Assembly (NCBI GenBank): GCA_030141605.1
Contig: JAQGDQ010000395.1
Location: 1-64,000, forward strand
Length of the DNA stretch: 64,000 nucleotides
Source: Tubiluchus corallicola
Taxonomy: Eukaryota; Animalia; Priapulida
Direction of reading: 5' to 3'
Shown here: positions 51,422 through 64,000 of the stretch, in pieces
Layout of the letters: each line of letters begins with the position of its first letter
Numbering within the stretch: the first letter of the stretch is position 1
Made by a program: the position numbers and the translations under genes
Notes under the pieces: model-generated
The model's input: the letters and a program-made list of their open reading frames with translations, nothing else
Told to the model about the DNA's origin: nothing
The model's database searches: none

Positions 51422-52492
51422 TTACGAGTAACCAACTCTACGTTGCTTTTTACCCTCAGCTGTTTTAACAACCAGCTCTAGAAGATCTTCCATGTCGTGT
51501 TCTGATAAGGTGCACACCGTTTTCACAACTTCTTCTTCTTCGTCGTCTACATGTGGACAATCTGATTCTATTTTCTCCAAGAGCTCACCAACGAGTTCCA
51601 TACGATAATCTCCCCAGGTAAAGAGGTTTCCAGTGTTTCTGCAGCTGTTCTGCATATTTGCTATCATAACATCAGTATATTTCATGGATGAGATCGTAAT
51701 GTCCGTAACGAATCCTTTGAAACTTTGATGTGCCTCAAAGCCGCCACCTTTCTCATCCTGGTCCTGTCCGAATTCAAAAAACCCACCAGCTGGTATCTTT
51801 CCCACACCAGGAGTAAAAGTACCACTATCACTTAAAACAGGAATGTCAGTTTTTGGTTCAGCGTCCACTGCCCAGCTGTTGTCATTGCTGTCATAGCGAC
51901 AGCAGACGTAACGCCAGTTCCCGAGCCTCAAACCCGCATCAAATGCGATAGTGTTAGAGGGTATACCCACACCGTTTATATACAATGCCAGTGAGTCGTT
52001 CTTAAGACCAAATCTGATTACATCATCGAGATTATCTTGAGCCTCCGCTGCTATGGCATATGACAGGAACGTCGTTTCCTCGTTATTGGTTGTGGATGGA
52101 TCCAGTCTCACCCACATGCACGCCGAAAAAGCGTCCAAATATCTAGTTATGACTTTGTCTAATTTTATGTAGTCGGTGTCGGTAAATTCGGGAAAAATAA
52201 CCATCGTGTCCTCGGCTACCTCCACGTCGAAACATTCCGGTTCTGCGTCTTTGAGGGAATCTATCAGAGAGTAAATTGAACTTCCGGAGCTGTGCTTCCG
52301 TTTTGGATTTCTCAGAGCCGGTCGATAACCGTAAGTGCGTTTTGGAGATGGCTTTCTGCCATACCCTCTTCTGGCGCCTCCTCTGACTTTCTTATACCCT
52401 CCACGTTGTGCGTCCACCTCTTCATTTATGAGAGCAATTAGTATGACAATGATAAGAGCAGAAACACACTTGCACAGTGGTAATAAAGACAT
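51422..52492 (-). CDS. Secreted pentraxin-domain protein, 356 aa, single coding exon
   Basis: ATG and signal peptide; pentraxin motifs IFPEFTDTDYIKL, AFSACMWVR, FLSYA, FGQDQDEKGGGFEAHQSFKGFVTD, GNLFTW. Confidence 0.93.
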   Translation of the reverse strand: MSLLPLCKCVSALIIVILIALINEEVDAQRGGYKKVRGGARRGYGRKPSPKRTYGYRPALRNPKRKHSSGSSIYSLIDSLKDAEPECFDVEVAEDTMVIFPEFTDTDYIKLDKVITRYLDAFSACMWVRLDPSTTNNEETTFLSYAIAAEAQDNLDDVIRFGLKNDSLALYINGVGIPSNTIAFDAGLRLGNWRYVCCRYDSNDNSWAVDAEPKTDIPVLSDSGTFTPGVGKIPAGGFFEFGQDQDEKGGGFEAHQSFKGFVTDITISSMKYTDVMIANMQNSCRNTGNLFTWGDYRMELVGELLEKIESDCPHVDDEEEEVVKTVCTLSEHDMEDLLELVVKTAEGKKQRRVGYS

Positions 52493-52782
52493 TGCCGATT
52501 GTCGAGTGTATCACCGCTTCTCTCTTGCACAGATCAACAGGCCTTTCGCAAACTTTTTAAGGGGTTGACCACCATTAATATTGGCCCTAAATCTAGTGAC
52601 CCGGAACACTAAATTAAGTGCTGTCCAAATAACTCGGTTGAAGGAACAAGTTGCGTACGAAAGTCTATAGAGTCGTTCTTTATTTTTGTACATTCTCATT
52701 AAAACTGTATAGCAGTGTATATTGTAACAATAGAGAACGTGCCTTGCAAACAAATACAGAACGCTTTGTCAAAAATGTTTAA

Positions 52783-53444
52783 AGGACAAGAAAAGGGGTA
52801 CCTGAAGTAGGCTTCAGAAAAATCGCCGTAAAAATTATATTACTTTACAGCAATTCATGCGTATATCGAACTCGCGTTGAAGGGAATTTTCGTTTGTTTT
52901 CGTTTTAAATCTCCCGCAATACTGTTCAGAAGGCGCCATTGAATGACGTCACCTGCGCAAACTTAAATCTAGGGGACGAAAAAGAAATGTTAAATTATGT
53001 CCTTATAATTTACTTAGCATTTCGCTTACCTGCTTGAAAGAATTTTGTAACTAGAAAAGAAAATTATTAATTATTAAAATGTTTTCACCAAATGGTAAAA
53101 TGTCGTTGACTCGCCCTCCAGGGTGCACCACTCACTCACCAAAAACGTATTTTTAATCTTATTGACAAAATATTACTAATTTAAAATTTTACTTAGTTAG
53201 TGACTTGTGCGCTATGAATGCTCTGACTATTTTTTCAAACTTTACGCAATGTTATCTAAACTGTTTCAAATGACTTTTCGTCAGAATGGCTGCGTCTAAC
53301 GGTCATCGCGGGTGATTAAATTTACACATTTTATGCAACCTTACTACCGACGCAAGCCCTGCATGCAAAAAGGCAGTACGTAAGTGGTATAAATTTTCAA
53401 GACCAATTTTTAAGCTTTATGTAAGTGGAGGGTTTTCTTGGGCT
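52783..53444 (+). mobile_element. Kolobok-like MITE, family B
   Basis: TTAA-aggacaagaaaa ... ttttcttgggct; lies ~290 bp upstream of the pentraxin ATG. Confidence 0.78.
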
Positions 53445-53956
53445 TCAAAGATGTCAATTAAAGCAAGATGGTATTAAATCAAGATGGTATTAAAGCAAGA
53501 TGGTATTAAATCAAGATGGTGTTAAACAATGGGGAACCTAAACGATTTCTGCTGCAGTAAACCAAATCCAGACGGCATGTTTGCCATCGTTTCCACATTT
53601 TTTATCTCAGTTTCAAGTTTGTCATCAAAATTACATTAATTGTGGATGTCTACCATCTTGGTTGTAAACCACTTGCAAGCACTTTGCTAAACCACTTGTG
53701 TGGATAAACCAGTTAGTGTGTGGATAAACCAGTTTAGTGTGAAAATATTCCCCATCAATGAAATTGTACTATCGGGATTATACTGCATTTGCATACTTTT
53801 GTTGATATGTCTTTCTATCATCCTGTGTAATTTCATTTCATTGTATTTTACCAGTTAACTGAAGTTATTAACGTTAACCTACAAAAACACATTGACTTAT
53901 TAACATAGACAAAATATTGACTGATTTGGTTTGCTTCTGCACGTTGAATTTAGAAT

Positions 53957-54412
53957 TGCATTTCGCCATTTGTTAGTTACACGGGCGCTAGCGCCTGCAT
54001 TTCGGATACACATTGCACAAAAATAGGTGATGTACCTCTCAGTTCAGATGTGTTCGTTTGTGACGAAATACACACGTTCGATAGCTCGTGCGTGAGCACA
54101 GCGATAAATTTGAAATTTGAATTTTTATCTTAAAACTTGCCTAATTTTAAAACAACGCTTAATGTCTTACAGCAGCACTGTACTTCAATTTTCGCTTTCA
54201 CAAACACGTGAACACGCTCATGGAATATTTTCGCTGTTGAAAATTATGTTAGTTTGTGATGTAATCAATATTTGCGCTCGCCCGCCTTTAATTAAAATTT
54301 TAATCCATTATTTAACTATCATAAACGCTTTTTTAGCACTAGTGGTTTTGAAATGTATACTTTTACCGTACCTGAAAATGGGATAGTATACGAAAAATCA
54401 TCCTGTCTTCCT
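53957..54412 (+). mobile_element. Kolobok-like MITE, family A (left-truncated)
   Basis: Closely similar to 43415-43871. Confidence 0.8.
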
Positions 54413-54569
54413 TTAAGGAACTTGTTACTGTAATCATTACGCGATGTGCACATGACGGTTTATGCAAAACTTATATTACAGCGTACCTGTTGAAGATGTG
54501 GTCAAATAGACTTAGGAATCGAGCGCAGAGCTACAAGGAGAAAGGCCAACTGCGATAAAAGCACAGATT

Positions 54570-55160
54570 AATGAATATATACCAAGATTTTGTAGAACAA
54601 ATATGGCGAAACATTTCATTAGCTATATGGGACCAGTCCTATGGAATAGACTAAGAAGCAATTCAAAATGTAGTCACTCCCTTTCAACTTTAAAAAAAAA
54701 ACCGCCAGAAAAGAAATATTTCAAAAGTACTGAGAGTAACACAGATTGATAATGGTAGTCACCTGCATTCTTTTTCCACAGTAATCTTAATAAAACGTGA
54801 CTATGCTCAACAGGTTACTGAACGCTGTATAATCATTTTTTCCTAGTTCTCACTCGATTTCATCTTTCATTCACTACTCCCCCCACACTTTTATGTATAT
54901 ATTATCATTATTTCAATTATTAATCACTTCTTTAAGATTTCCACGTACAGTTTGGCCTGTCAAGCTATGCTTTTAGGCTCAAACTGTATGCTTCAAAATT
55001 CTTCTGTAATGTAATTTGCACATGCATATGCCGCATAAGAATCTCTTTTATAATTTCTGGATAATGTTGCATTTATATTTATATTTACTTCAGTGAAATT
55101 ATCTGTATTTTTATTATAACTGTCAGATGCTGAGTGGAAATAAATAAACTTATAAACTTA
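54570..55160 (+). mobile_element. 3' end of a CR1/L2-type LINE (duplicate of 44030-44620)
   Basis: Same 5' truncation point and same left flank as the copy at 44030. Confidence 0.82.
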
Positions 55161-56460
55161 TTACACCTCTTGATCTTCCACTGAATAAAGGGGTAGGGCT
55201 CGTTGAGACGACGGCAAATAATTTACTTTTAAATAAAGGAACTAGATTTTCTGATCATCAGAGGGATCAATGGCAGATGTGACTTTGACCACAGAGGATT
55301 CGCTGGTGGAGTCTTAGTTATCAATGCATCAATGTTAATAACGTAATTGGATGCGGGAAGCAAAAGTAGTATGGCCAACTATTCTCTGGCGCACCATTCC
55401 ACGAGCAAGCCTGCCGGATGAACCGGAGAGCTGATGTTGGATGAGGACAGTGATGACCCCGGACTGGTAAAAAACCCTGCCTCGTGTTAATCCTGTTTTC
55501 AATCTAAGCCGGCTCAATGACTGCTATTTTCTGTTTACCTAAATTTTTCGATTGTTTAAAATCTATTTAAATGTTCATTAAGCTGTTATTCTTTCATTAA
55601 TTTGGAAAGTTTTGCCCAGTGTTTTCGACTAAGTGTTTTATTCTTTACCTAAGGGTTACACTTAACTCACGGACAACACAATATCGAAAATTAAACTACA
55701 TCGTCGTAACAGCACGCGCATAATAAATGCAACGAAGAAATGCAGTGTAAAAAATATTTCAAAATAAAATATACGAGCAATTATTCATAATTGTTTTTTA
55801 TGCAATTAAATTTTTTTCTCTTTTTTCTTTTACAATTAGCAATATTTCTATTGTTTCTATAAAATGAGCGACAGACTGCAAGTATGGCGGTCATTTTTTG
55901 CTGACTTTCTGTAATAAATGAGAATATTTGTGAATGCGATACGGAAGCCCAGAATCCACAACATTTGACAGTCCACGAGTCGACGCAAACAGGCGATATG
56001 TATTAATAAATGAACTGGGAAATGAGAGTTTAAATCTTGTGTATTTCACCAAAATTTAATATCAGCACTAACGTACTTTATAAAGGACCCGTTTATTTTA
56101 AGATCCTACTGTTAATTTTTAGTAAAATAGGAATTAAATTTGTGTAGTTCTTGAGATTACTGATTGTAACTCTTGTGAATTTAAATATTGAATTTGGAAT
56201 TTGATAATTTGGTATATCAATTTATCTGCATTTTTATGTTACCTCACAGGAAACTTGCTGCATTAATAACCTTGACTTTAGCACGCACTTTAATACTTCT
56301 TGTTTAACATCACTGTAAATAATGTTATACGCACAAATTAAAAAAGCTAATTACAACATGTAATATTGTAGAATTCACTCTAGTCAGTCTAGCGTCTATG
56401 CAAAATTGTATAATGCTTGTACAAAAATTTTTGCCTGCAAAAAGGGGCTAATAAAGACTT

Positions 56461-56519
<59 letters not shown>

Positions 56520-56679
56520 CATCCTCATCCTCATCCTCATCCTCATCCTCATCCTCATCCTCATCCTCATCCTCATCCTCATCCTCATCATCATCATCAT
56601 CATCATCATCCTCATCCTCATCCTCATCCTCATCCTCATCCTCATCCTCATCATCATCATCATCATCATCATCATCAAT

Positions 56680-56759
<80 letters not shown>

Positions 56760-56824
56760 CATCCTCATCCTCATCCTCATCCTCATCCTCCTCCTCCTCC
56801 TCCTCCTCCTCCTCCTCCTCCTCC

Positions 56825-56885
<61 letters not shown>

Positions 56886-56902
56886 CCTCCTCCTCCTCCT
56901 CC

Positions 56903-56936
<34 letters not shown>

Positions 56937-56940
56937 TATC
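56461..56940. repeat. (CAT)n/(CATCCT)n/(CCT)n microsatellite
   Basis: Visible directly; explains the poly-D/H/S ORFs. Confidence 0.97.
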
Positions 56941-57706
56941 TTTAATAACAGACCACGAAATAGCGAAAAAGAACAAAATTCATTTCGACGTAAGAAATAA
57001 TTATGCTTTAAAGATCTACAATAATGTGTCTTATTATAAATAATAATTATAAGCTAGTATAGGCGGTTTCTCTGCATAACATTAAGTGAAAGAAACGCTA
57101 CGCATTAATAATGCAAGCAAATGATTTGTAATGATAAATTGATAGTCTGGTAAGAAAAAATCTACTAAATATGACATGAAAGACGTCACTTCCGGAGTAC
57201 GGATGTCAGACGTTGAGCAAGCCTTCATGCTTTATTCACGGCTTTGCATTCCATTAATTATACGTGATGACTAACTCCTGGCGTCTGGTAACATGTGGTT
57301 AAGAGCTGGAGGCGGATTCAGGCAAACATTTGATGATGCAAAGCTGCAGAGTAACGTTGTTGACTTTTCCACAGACATCTTGATCATGTCAGGGAGGAGT
57401 TAGCGTAAATCTTGCACTGCTCACTTCACTATGGAGTTTTAAGCGGCTTCAGCTAGCGGTTTTTTTATTGTCTGTACAACTCGCGAAGTTTACGAAGTGT
57501 GGAAGAAAAAGTTAACAAGTCTTAGAGAAACCTGGCAGTCTGTTGTGCAGAATAGAGCAGGCAAAATTTTGTAAGTTACGGCGCAGCAACAGCTGGCTTC
57601 CATTGTCTGCATACCAAGAGGTGGTTAGTCGAATTTATTTTGCTGTGTACGTGAAACTGTTAAACGTATTTTTAGTGGCAAGTCTAAAGTTTGTGATGCA
57701 TTCTAA

Positions 57707-58393
57707 AGGAAAGAACAGGTCACTCAGTATGTTGGGTTTATTTTTCTGTTATCACTTAAACTGTTTGCGGTGTGCTAAAGGAAAGAACAGGTCACTCAGT
57801 ATGTTGGGTTTATTTTTCTGTTATCACTTAAACTGTTTGTGGTGTGCTAAAGGAAAGAACAGGTCACTCAGTATGTTGGATTTATTTTACTGTTATCATT
57901 TTTAAACTTAGAAAAATATAACAAAGAGATTTGCAAAGAACTGCCTATAAAGCATAAATTTAAAATATACCAGCTCTGCATAGAATTTTTCCGGCGTGGT
58001 GGTTGCTGCCATTCGTTTAAAAATTATGACGTAACTGGGAGACTTCGTGAGTTTTCGTAAGCGCGTCGGGGCGCTGCTTAAACTAAATCAAACTTCTGCA
58101 GCTTACCTAATGTTCATGCAAAAATATTACAGAATTAGCTGTCTCATCTTTTGTAAAAAGATATTTTTCTTTTGGTGTCGACAAACAGTGCGTTCCTTTT
58201 TTTCAAGACGAGTGACGTCATTGGAAGAAGAATGGGCATTGAAAGGGGAGCGTCCAAGCGTGAAGTGATCGCGACTTTAAAGTGATTTGACTAATTACAG
58301 GAGGCTCTTATTGCAGTTTTATTACTAAATCCTTCGAGCATTTTTCGTGAACTTTGAAATAAGCCTAACCTACCAGAAAGCTTGAGCTTTCCT
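57707..58393 (-). mobile_element. Kolobok-like MITE, family C, with a triplicated terminal ~71 bp
   Basis: Reverse complement of 18248-18881; aaggaaagaacaggtcactcagtatgttgg occurs three times. Confidence 0.8.
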
Positions 58394-58553
58394 TTAAATA
58401 CGAACACCGCTTTTATATGTAAATATTTCAAGCTTGCTTTAAACTCGATTTGTTCATATAATTTTAATAATTAATTAGATTTCATCAGGGCTGCGTTACG
58501 ATTCAGTTGCATTTTTTTATTTTAAAATAGAATTTTGCAAAAATTCTATACAA

Positions 58554-58557
<4 letters not shown>

Positions 58558-58633
<76 letters not shown>

Positions 58634-58683
58634 GTTATTATTATCATCATCATCATCATCATCATCATCATTATTATTATTAT
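58558..58683. repeat. (TAT)n/(CAT)n microsatellite
   Basis: Visible directly. Confidence 0.95.
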
Positions 58684-59462
58684 AAATACCTATTGCCAAT
58701 CACAGCAGGTGTACACGTTACCTTGACACATCTGATTTCATTTCTAGTTGTATGTTTAGTGAGCTTTGATTTTCTTACCTGCTCATGATCAAGGGTGATT
58801 TTGTATCGGGCAGCTTTTATAAACTGCTTTCCTTTGCAAATTAAATAATCATCACCAGGTCTGGCAAGAGAGGGGAGTTTGGGAGCAGTGCCCCGACGCC
58901 CGGATGTGTAGGGAAACCGGGAAGATTATGGATGCAAACAGGGTTTTTATACAGCTAAAGTTTTTTTTTTGAACTAAAGTGTTCAGCTTTATGTAATGTT
59001 CGCCAATTGAAGTGTGGCCCTTGCTGCTCCGGAGCCCGAAATCACAGCCCTGATTAACGGAAATTGATCTATTTACAATGTGATCTAATGTATTAATGCT
59101 AATCGGCGTAATCATTTAGCTACGTTTTAGATTTTTAGATTAGACTCGGTCAAGTGGTTGAAACAAAGCAGGAAACACATACCCAAGAACAATCACCGGT
59201 ATAATATTTGTGCTCGAGGTGTGGTTCAACCAGTGTAGTACGTACATAGCTTACAGCTACTTGAGTAAACTGTATTTATGGTTTATCGTTCGTTGCACTG
59301 TGAAAACTAGTCTGCTTGACTCGACGTGTACCCGTGTTTCTGAATTGTGTGTTTTACTTCTATCAAAAACAGAAATATGACTTGAAAATGTCGTGTTTAC
59401 TGTGACGAATTAAACACGGCACCGTGAGAATTTTGTGAAAGATGTACTAAAGAAAAGTAGCT

Positions 59463-59496
59463 ATGGATGACGAAGTACAGCCGGACAGTAAACCAG
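59463..59496 (+). CDS. Putative first coding exon (MDDEVQPDSKP) of a membrane protein gene
   Basis: ATG...CCAG|GTAAGA, phase 1, compatible with the exon at 63871. Confidence 0.5.
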
Positions 59497-62400
59497 GTAA
59501 GACTATTGCAGTTCATGTTGTTAGTATATTCATCAATATGCATATTATCAAATGTTAAACTGTATTACATTTAAACTCCAGAACATCCAAATATGTTTAA
59601 TATGCAGCAATTGTCGTTTTATCTGTAATAATAAATTACAGCAATAAGTTTTTAGCGAAAAACATAAGTTTGATAAAGGTACATTACTAAATTAGGTTAC
59701 GTGATTTTCGTCTATAATTATACAAAAAATAACAGCGAAATAGTCCTAATCGTATAAAGCAGTTCAGTAAAGATAATTAGACACTTACATGTGGTCTCCC
59801 TGAGTTTTTGCGCTTATAACTTGCAAAAAAAACAATAGAAATCAATTCACAACATTCACATCATATCAACTTCATTTGCATACCAGGTAATGTCTACCTG
59901 GCCAACTACCTGGTCACATGACTGATGACTGTTAAAGGGGCAAGACCAAATTTAACAGGTAGGGAAACGTGTATGCGCATAACATAAACCACAGAGACAG
60001 AAAAAAATTAATGTATTTTGGAGAACGAACCCAATAAACCATGTGGTTTTTAATTAATTACTAGCAAAGCAATTATTACTGAAATAATTACATAAAAACT
60101 ACCTGCAGCAAAAGAGTTAAAATGAATTTTTGCGCAGAGCACAAGGGACATCACAAGCAGAAATTAATATAGCTATCCCAATGCAAAATAAACACAGTAT
60201 AACCAGCAGTTATATATATGGATATATATATATATATACTCATTTATGCTTATGTATAATTTATATTTATGTGTATATAACAATAAGATGCTTATACGTA
60301 TTATACTTCATATGTATACGTATGAAACATAAACTGTAAAACTGTATATGATTCTGATTATCCATTTAACCGGGAAACAGTGATTTGACTTATAACTTGT
60401 ACAACTTTAACAATCTACAGTCTGCTTACTACACAGTTATGGTAAAATTCTTCAAAATATAGATACGGTACACGAGCTTCTGCAGTCTGTGTAGAAATTG
60501 ATATTAATCAAATATATTTTCTGTAAAAGTACATATAATCTTAGATGTCGTGTTTTGAACTCTTGTAAGAGTTTATAAAAACACGTAATTTGCAATAGTG
60601 ATGTTTTTAAATGCTCGAAAACTTTTGCTGATCGGACTGTATTTTTAATGTAGTTTTAATGTATTTCATTTTCGTAAATATTTAGCTAACTATCTTCTTA
60701 CTTTTTTCTGTATATTGTAAGTTTATGTTTTTATAATTAATTTTTTAGTAGTTAATGTATTTTTATGGCTTAAGACTATGTTTACGAGCTGAAATAAGAA
60801 AAAAATAAATAAATAATAAAATAGCTGTTCTTCTGTACTTTAATTACTCTACGTCCAAAGTTGAATATCCTATGTTACATATTTGAGGGTGCATTAATCA
60901 CACGTATAGTTGACATATAAAATCGTATCGTATTTATTACGTCATGTGACTGATTTGTAGTCCATAAACGAAACAAGTTGAACAATTTGTCCTAAAAGGA
61001 TTTCATACTTGAGGCCGCGAACAATTTTAATATTTTTAACAAAAAAGCGTTATTCGAATTGTCTAAAACATTCTTTGATAGCGCTGTATGAAATTATTTA
61101 ATGTAATTAACTGTTTGCTGGTTTACTATGCCCATCAACTATTACCAAATTAGCTACAATATGCTATTCTTGGTGCTTTGCAAAACGCTGAAACAGTTGC
61201 CTATAATTACTCCGTTAATACGTTGTTTGTATAAAAAATTTTGCTCAACAAATCTAGTACTAATACTACTGCTACTATGTCAACTAGGTCATTCGTCAAA
61301 TTAAAGTCCTATAAGCATGCTTACCGTAATAAAATGTAGTGTTTCGTCTTTCGAGTATTTCTTTAGACGAATAACTTTCACTGCCTATCGCTTCCTAAAA
61401 TTCAAAAGCCCTCTGGCGGAAACAAGCAAATCGTTTTTGTTCTTTGGTCAGCCTTTGTGGGACTGGACCTACTTTTAGATTTCGTTTAATCGTGTTTCGC
61501 ATAACTTCATAATTTCGAGTTCACTGATATTAGATCTACAAACTTAATGTTACTCGTTAAATTCTGCGTCACATTATAACGTTTTCTTATTAAACTTCAG
61601 CTTTCATACATTCGCAAACATAATTTCCCTGTTTATGCTTTTAAAAAGTTTTAAGAAATCCCAACATAAATAGAACAAGAAATAAAGTGGTAAGAACGGA
61701 AAAGTTGAGAAAATTGTTGGTCGAAAAAATATTTGAAAAGAGTCGATTTGGTTAATAAACTACAGGTGCCGTACCATGAATGAAACACCTTAATTTCATC
61801 AATTGTCTGACAATAAATTATTGTAATTATTAATTATTCGCAAGATCACACGTGCCATTGCTTTTGGGAGTCCATGAACCACTCCCAAACCTGACTAGAA
61901 CGCTTATAAGTTTAATCTGCTCTGTTCGCCTAAAGGATTGTTAGTAAAGGAAAGCAGGTTCAGAATGATGGTTTAAGATCAAACTATCAATTAAATTATT
62001 GTTGTTCGACCTACTTAGTCATGAGTAAAGATTGATGATGTAACCTCTATGCGCAGAAGCCTAGTGCGCATTAGGAAATTTGACAAAAGGAATTCTAGGC
62101 CCGCACCTCGGACAGATTAGGAGCTGCCTTGAAGACGGAAGGCTGGCATGTGTATCTCATTCTGCATACTGTGTCTACGTTTGACATTTAATAAATGTGT
62201 AGTTTGATAAATAAAGTCTTGGCAGTTTGCCATGCCCGTCGCGGCTGTTCCACACCCCACCATCCACAGCCACCACCACGAACAACAGCTACAACCACAA
62301 TCATAAACAGACTTTATTTTACTTTGTTTCAAACTGTTTAGAATCATCTGCCTGTACATGTGCGACTGTTTACACGAGAGATTAGATGAGGTAGACCCAG

Positions 62401-62832
62401 AGGTCTACAAATGATTTTCTGCTTTGGTGGTTAAGCTAAGTTGCAGGAGTGACCCACGTCCAGCAACTTTTCATCTAAAAGTTTGCTCGCTATGACACGG
62501 TTAACATTTCCTTTCAAACATCCGTTTATGATATCAAAGTTTGCTTGTTTGCAGTCGTAGATAACCTATTTTGCCGCAGTAGTGTCTTGACACAGTCATA
62601 GAAATTCCTTTAGGGAAAGAAATATAATGTTGTGCCTTTATTGTAGTTCAAATTTCACAATAGAGGATAATCTTAGTACAATTTTTAATACAAAATTGAA
62701 TTAAACTGAATTACGGCGGCAAATCTTACCTGATGTGTACTAAACCCAAACTTTAAATGAGAATTTACGAAGCAAAAATTAAAGTAATGACTCAGTATTT
62801 AATGGGATAAAAAATCAATAGGTGTAAATGAA

Positions 62833-63197
<365 letters not shown>

Positions 63198-63449
63198 GTG
63201 TGTGTGCATAAAAACATATAGTTAGCTATATTTATTCTCATTTTTTTTAGTTTAAGTACAGACATGAATCTGATCTAATATTAGCATGTTGAGGCCCTTC
63301 TGTTCACTTTCACGACGTTAATTATATTAGTGATGCTGATGCTGGGGCACAATAATTAAGCTAATGGGAGGCAAAAGAACTGCAGAGAAACATCAGTCGT
63401 ATTTCGCTTTATTTCTGATAGGGAAATAATATCAATAAATATCTATAGA

Positions 63450-63741
63450 CATTACATTGCATTGCATCGCATCGCATCGCATCGCATCGCATCGCATCGC
63501 ATCGCATCGCATCGCATCGCATCGCATCGCATCGCATCGCATCGCATCGCATCGCATCGCATCGCATCGCATCGCATCGCATCGCATCGACACGACACGA
63601 CACGACACGACACGACACGACACGACACGACACGACACGACACGACATGACATGACATGACATTACATTACATTACATTACATGACATTACATTACATTA
63701 CATTACATTACATTACATTGCATTGCATTACATTACATTAC
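63450..63741. repeat. Compound pentanucleotide microsatellite (CATCG)n(CACGA)n(CATTA)n
   Basis: Visible directly. Confidence 0.97.
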
Positions 63742-63870
63742 ACGAAACACTGTCTGTAAACATACATGCACGTTTGCTTCGTCGAGTTGGCTATGCTGCT
63801 TCATTCATGTCAAGTCTTCCTGTTTCCAAGCTAAGAACCACGCTTAGTGATTTATTTGTTTACATTATAG

Positions 63871-63987
63871 ATGAAGATGCTCCTCAGCTGCTTGGGCTGA
63901 AAAGTTGGCTTCATTTGTTGGTACTGACAGCTACAGTTATGGCAGTTTTAGTTATCTGGATGATGCAGAGAAAACGAAAAACGGCGT
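63871..63987 (+). CDS. Exon encoding one transmembrane helix and a basic stop-transfer segment; gene continues beyond the window
   Basis: ttatag| EDAPQLLGLKSWLHLLVLTATVMAVLVIWMMQRKRKTA |gtaagt; 117 nt, phase 1-1. Confidence 0.65.
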
Positions 63988-64000
63988 GTAAGTAAGTTTA

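Noticed and set aside
55330-55500. GC-richer patch with ctgatg/gatgag, considered as a hammerhead ribozyme
   Set aside because: No complete CUGAnGA...GAAA core with supporting stems was found.
58486-59052. Possible hAT MITE bounded by cagggctg / cagccctg
   Set aside because: Only an 8-bp inverted match and no target-site duplication.

Overview
AT-rich eukaryotic (animal, probably marine invertebrate/echinoderm-like) genomic DNA, dominated by microsatellites, minisatellites and transposon relics: TTAA-flanked Kolobok-like MITEs, hAT and Harbinger MITEs, Helitrons, CR1/L2-type LINE fragments and two 5S-rRNA-headed RTE-tailed SINEs. Most ORF-track entries are simple-repeat artefacts. Genes read directly from the sequence: (1) a four-exon secreted protein of 143 aa made of three beta-defensin-spaced six-Cys modules (29582-34946, +), which the ORF track does not assemble; (2) a lone catalytic-type PGRP terminal exon just downstream (37256-37366, +); (3) an intronless pentraxin with a cationic N-terminal extension (51422-52492, -); (4) isolated exons resembling a GPR158-like receptor, a guanylate cyclase C-terminus, a GT11 fucosyltransferase N-terminus and a membrane protein that runs off the right edge. 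The most notable system is the Cys-repeat gene: two of its exons lie in nearly identical duplicated intron blocks bounded by a 104-bp satellite, yet the exons are strongly diverged, and the gene appears to be a PGRP derivative lacking its amidase core. All family assignments come from motif recognition by eye, not database searches.
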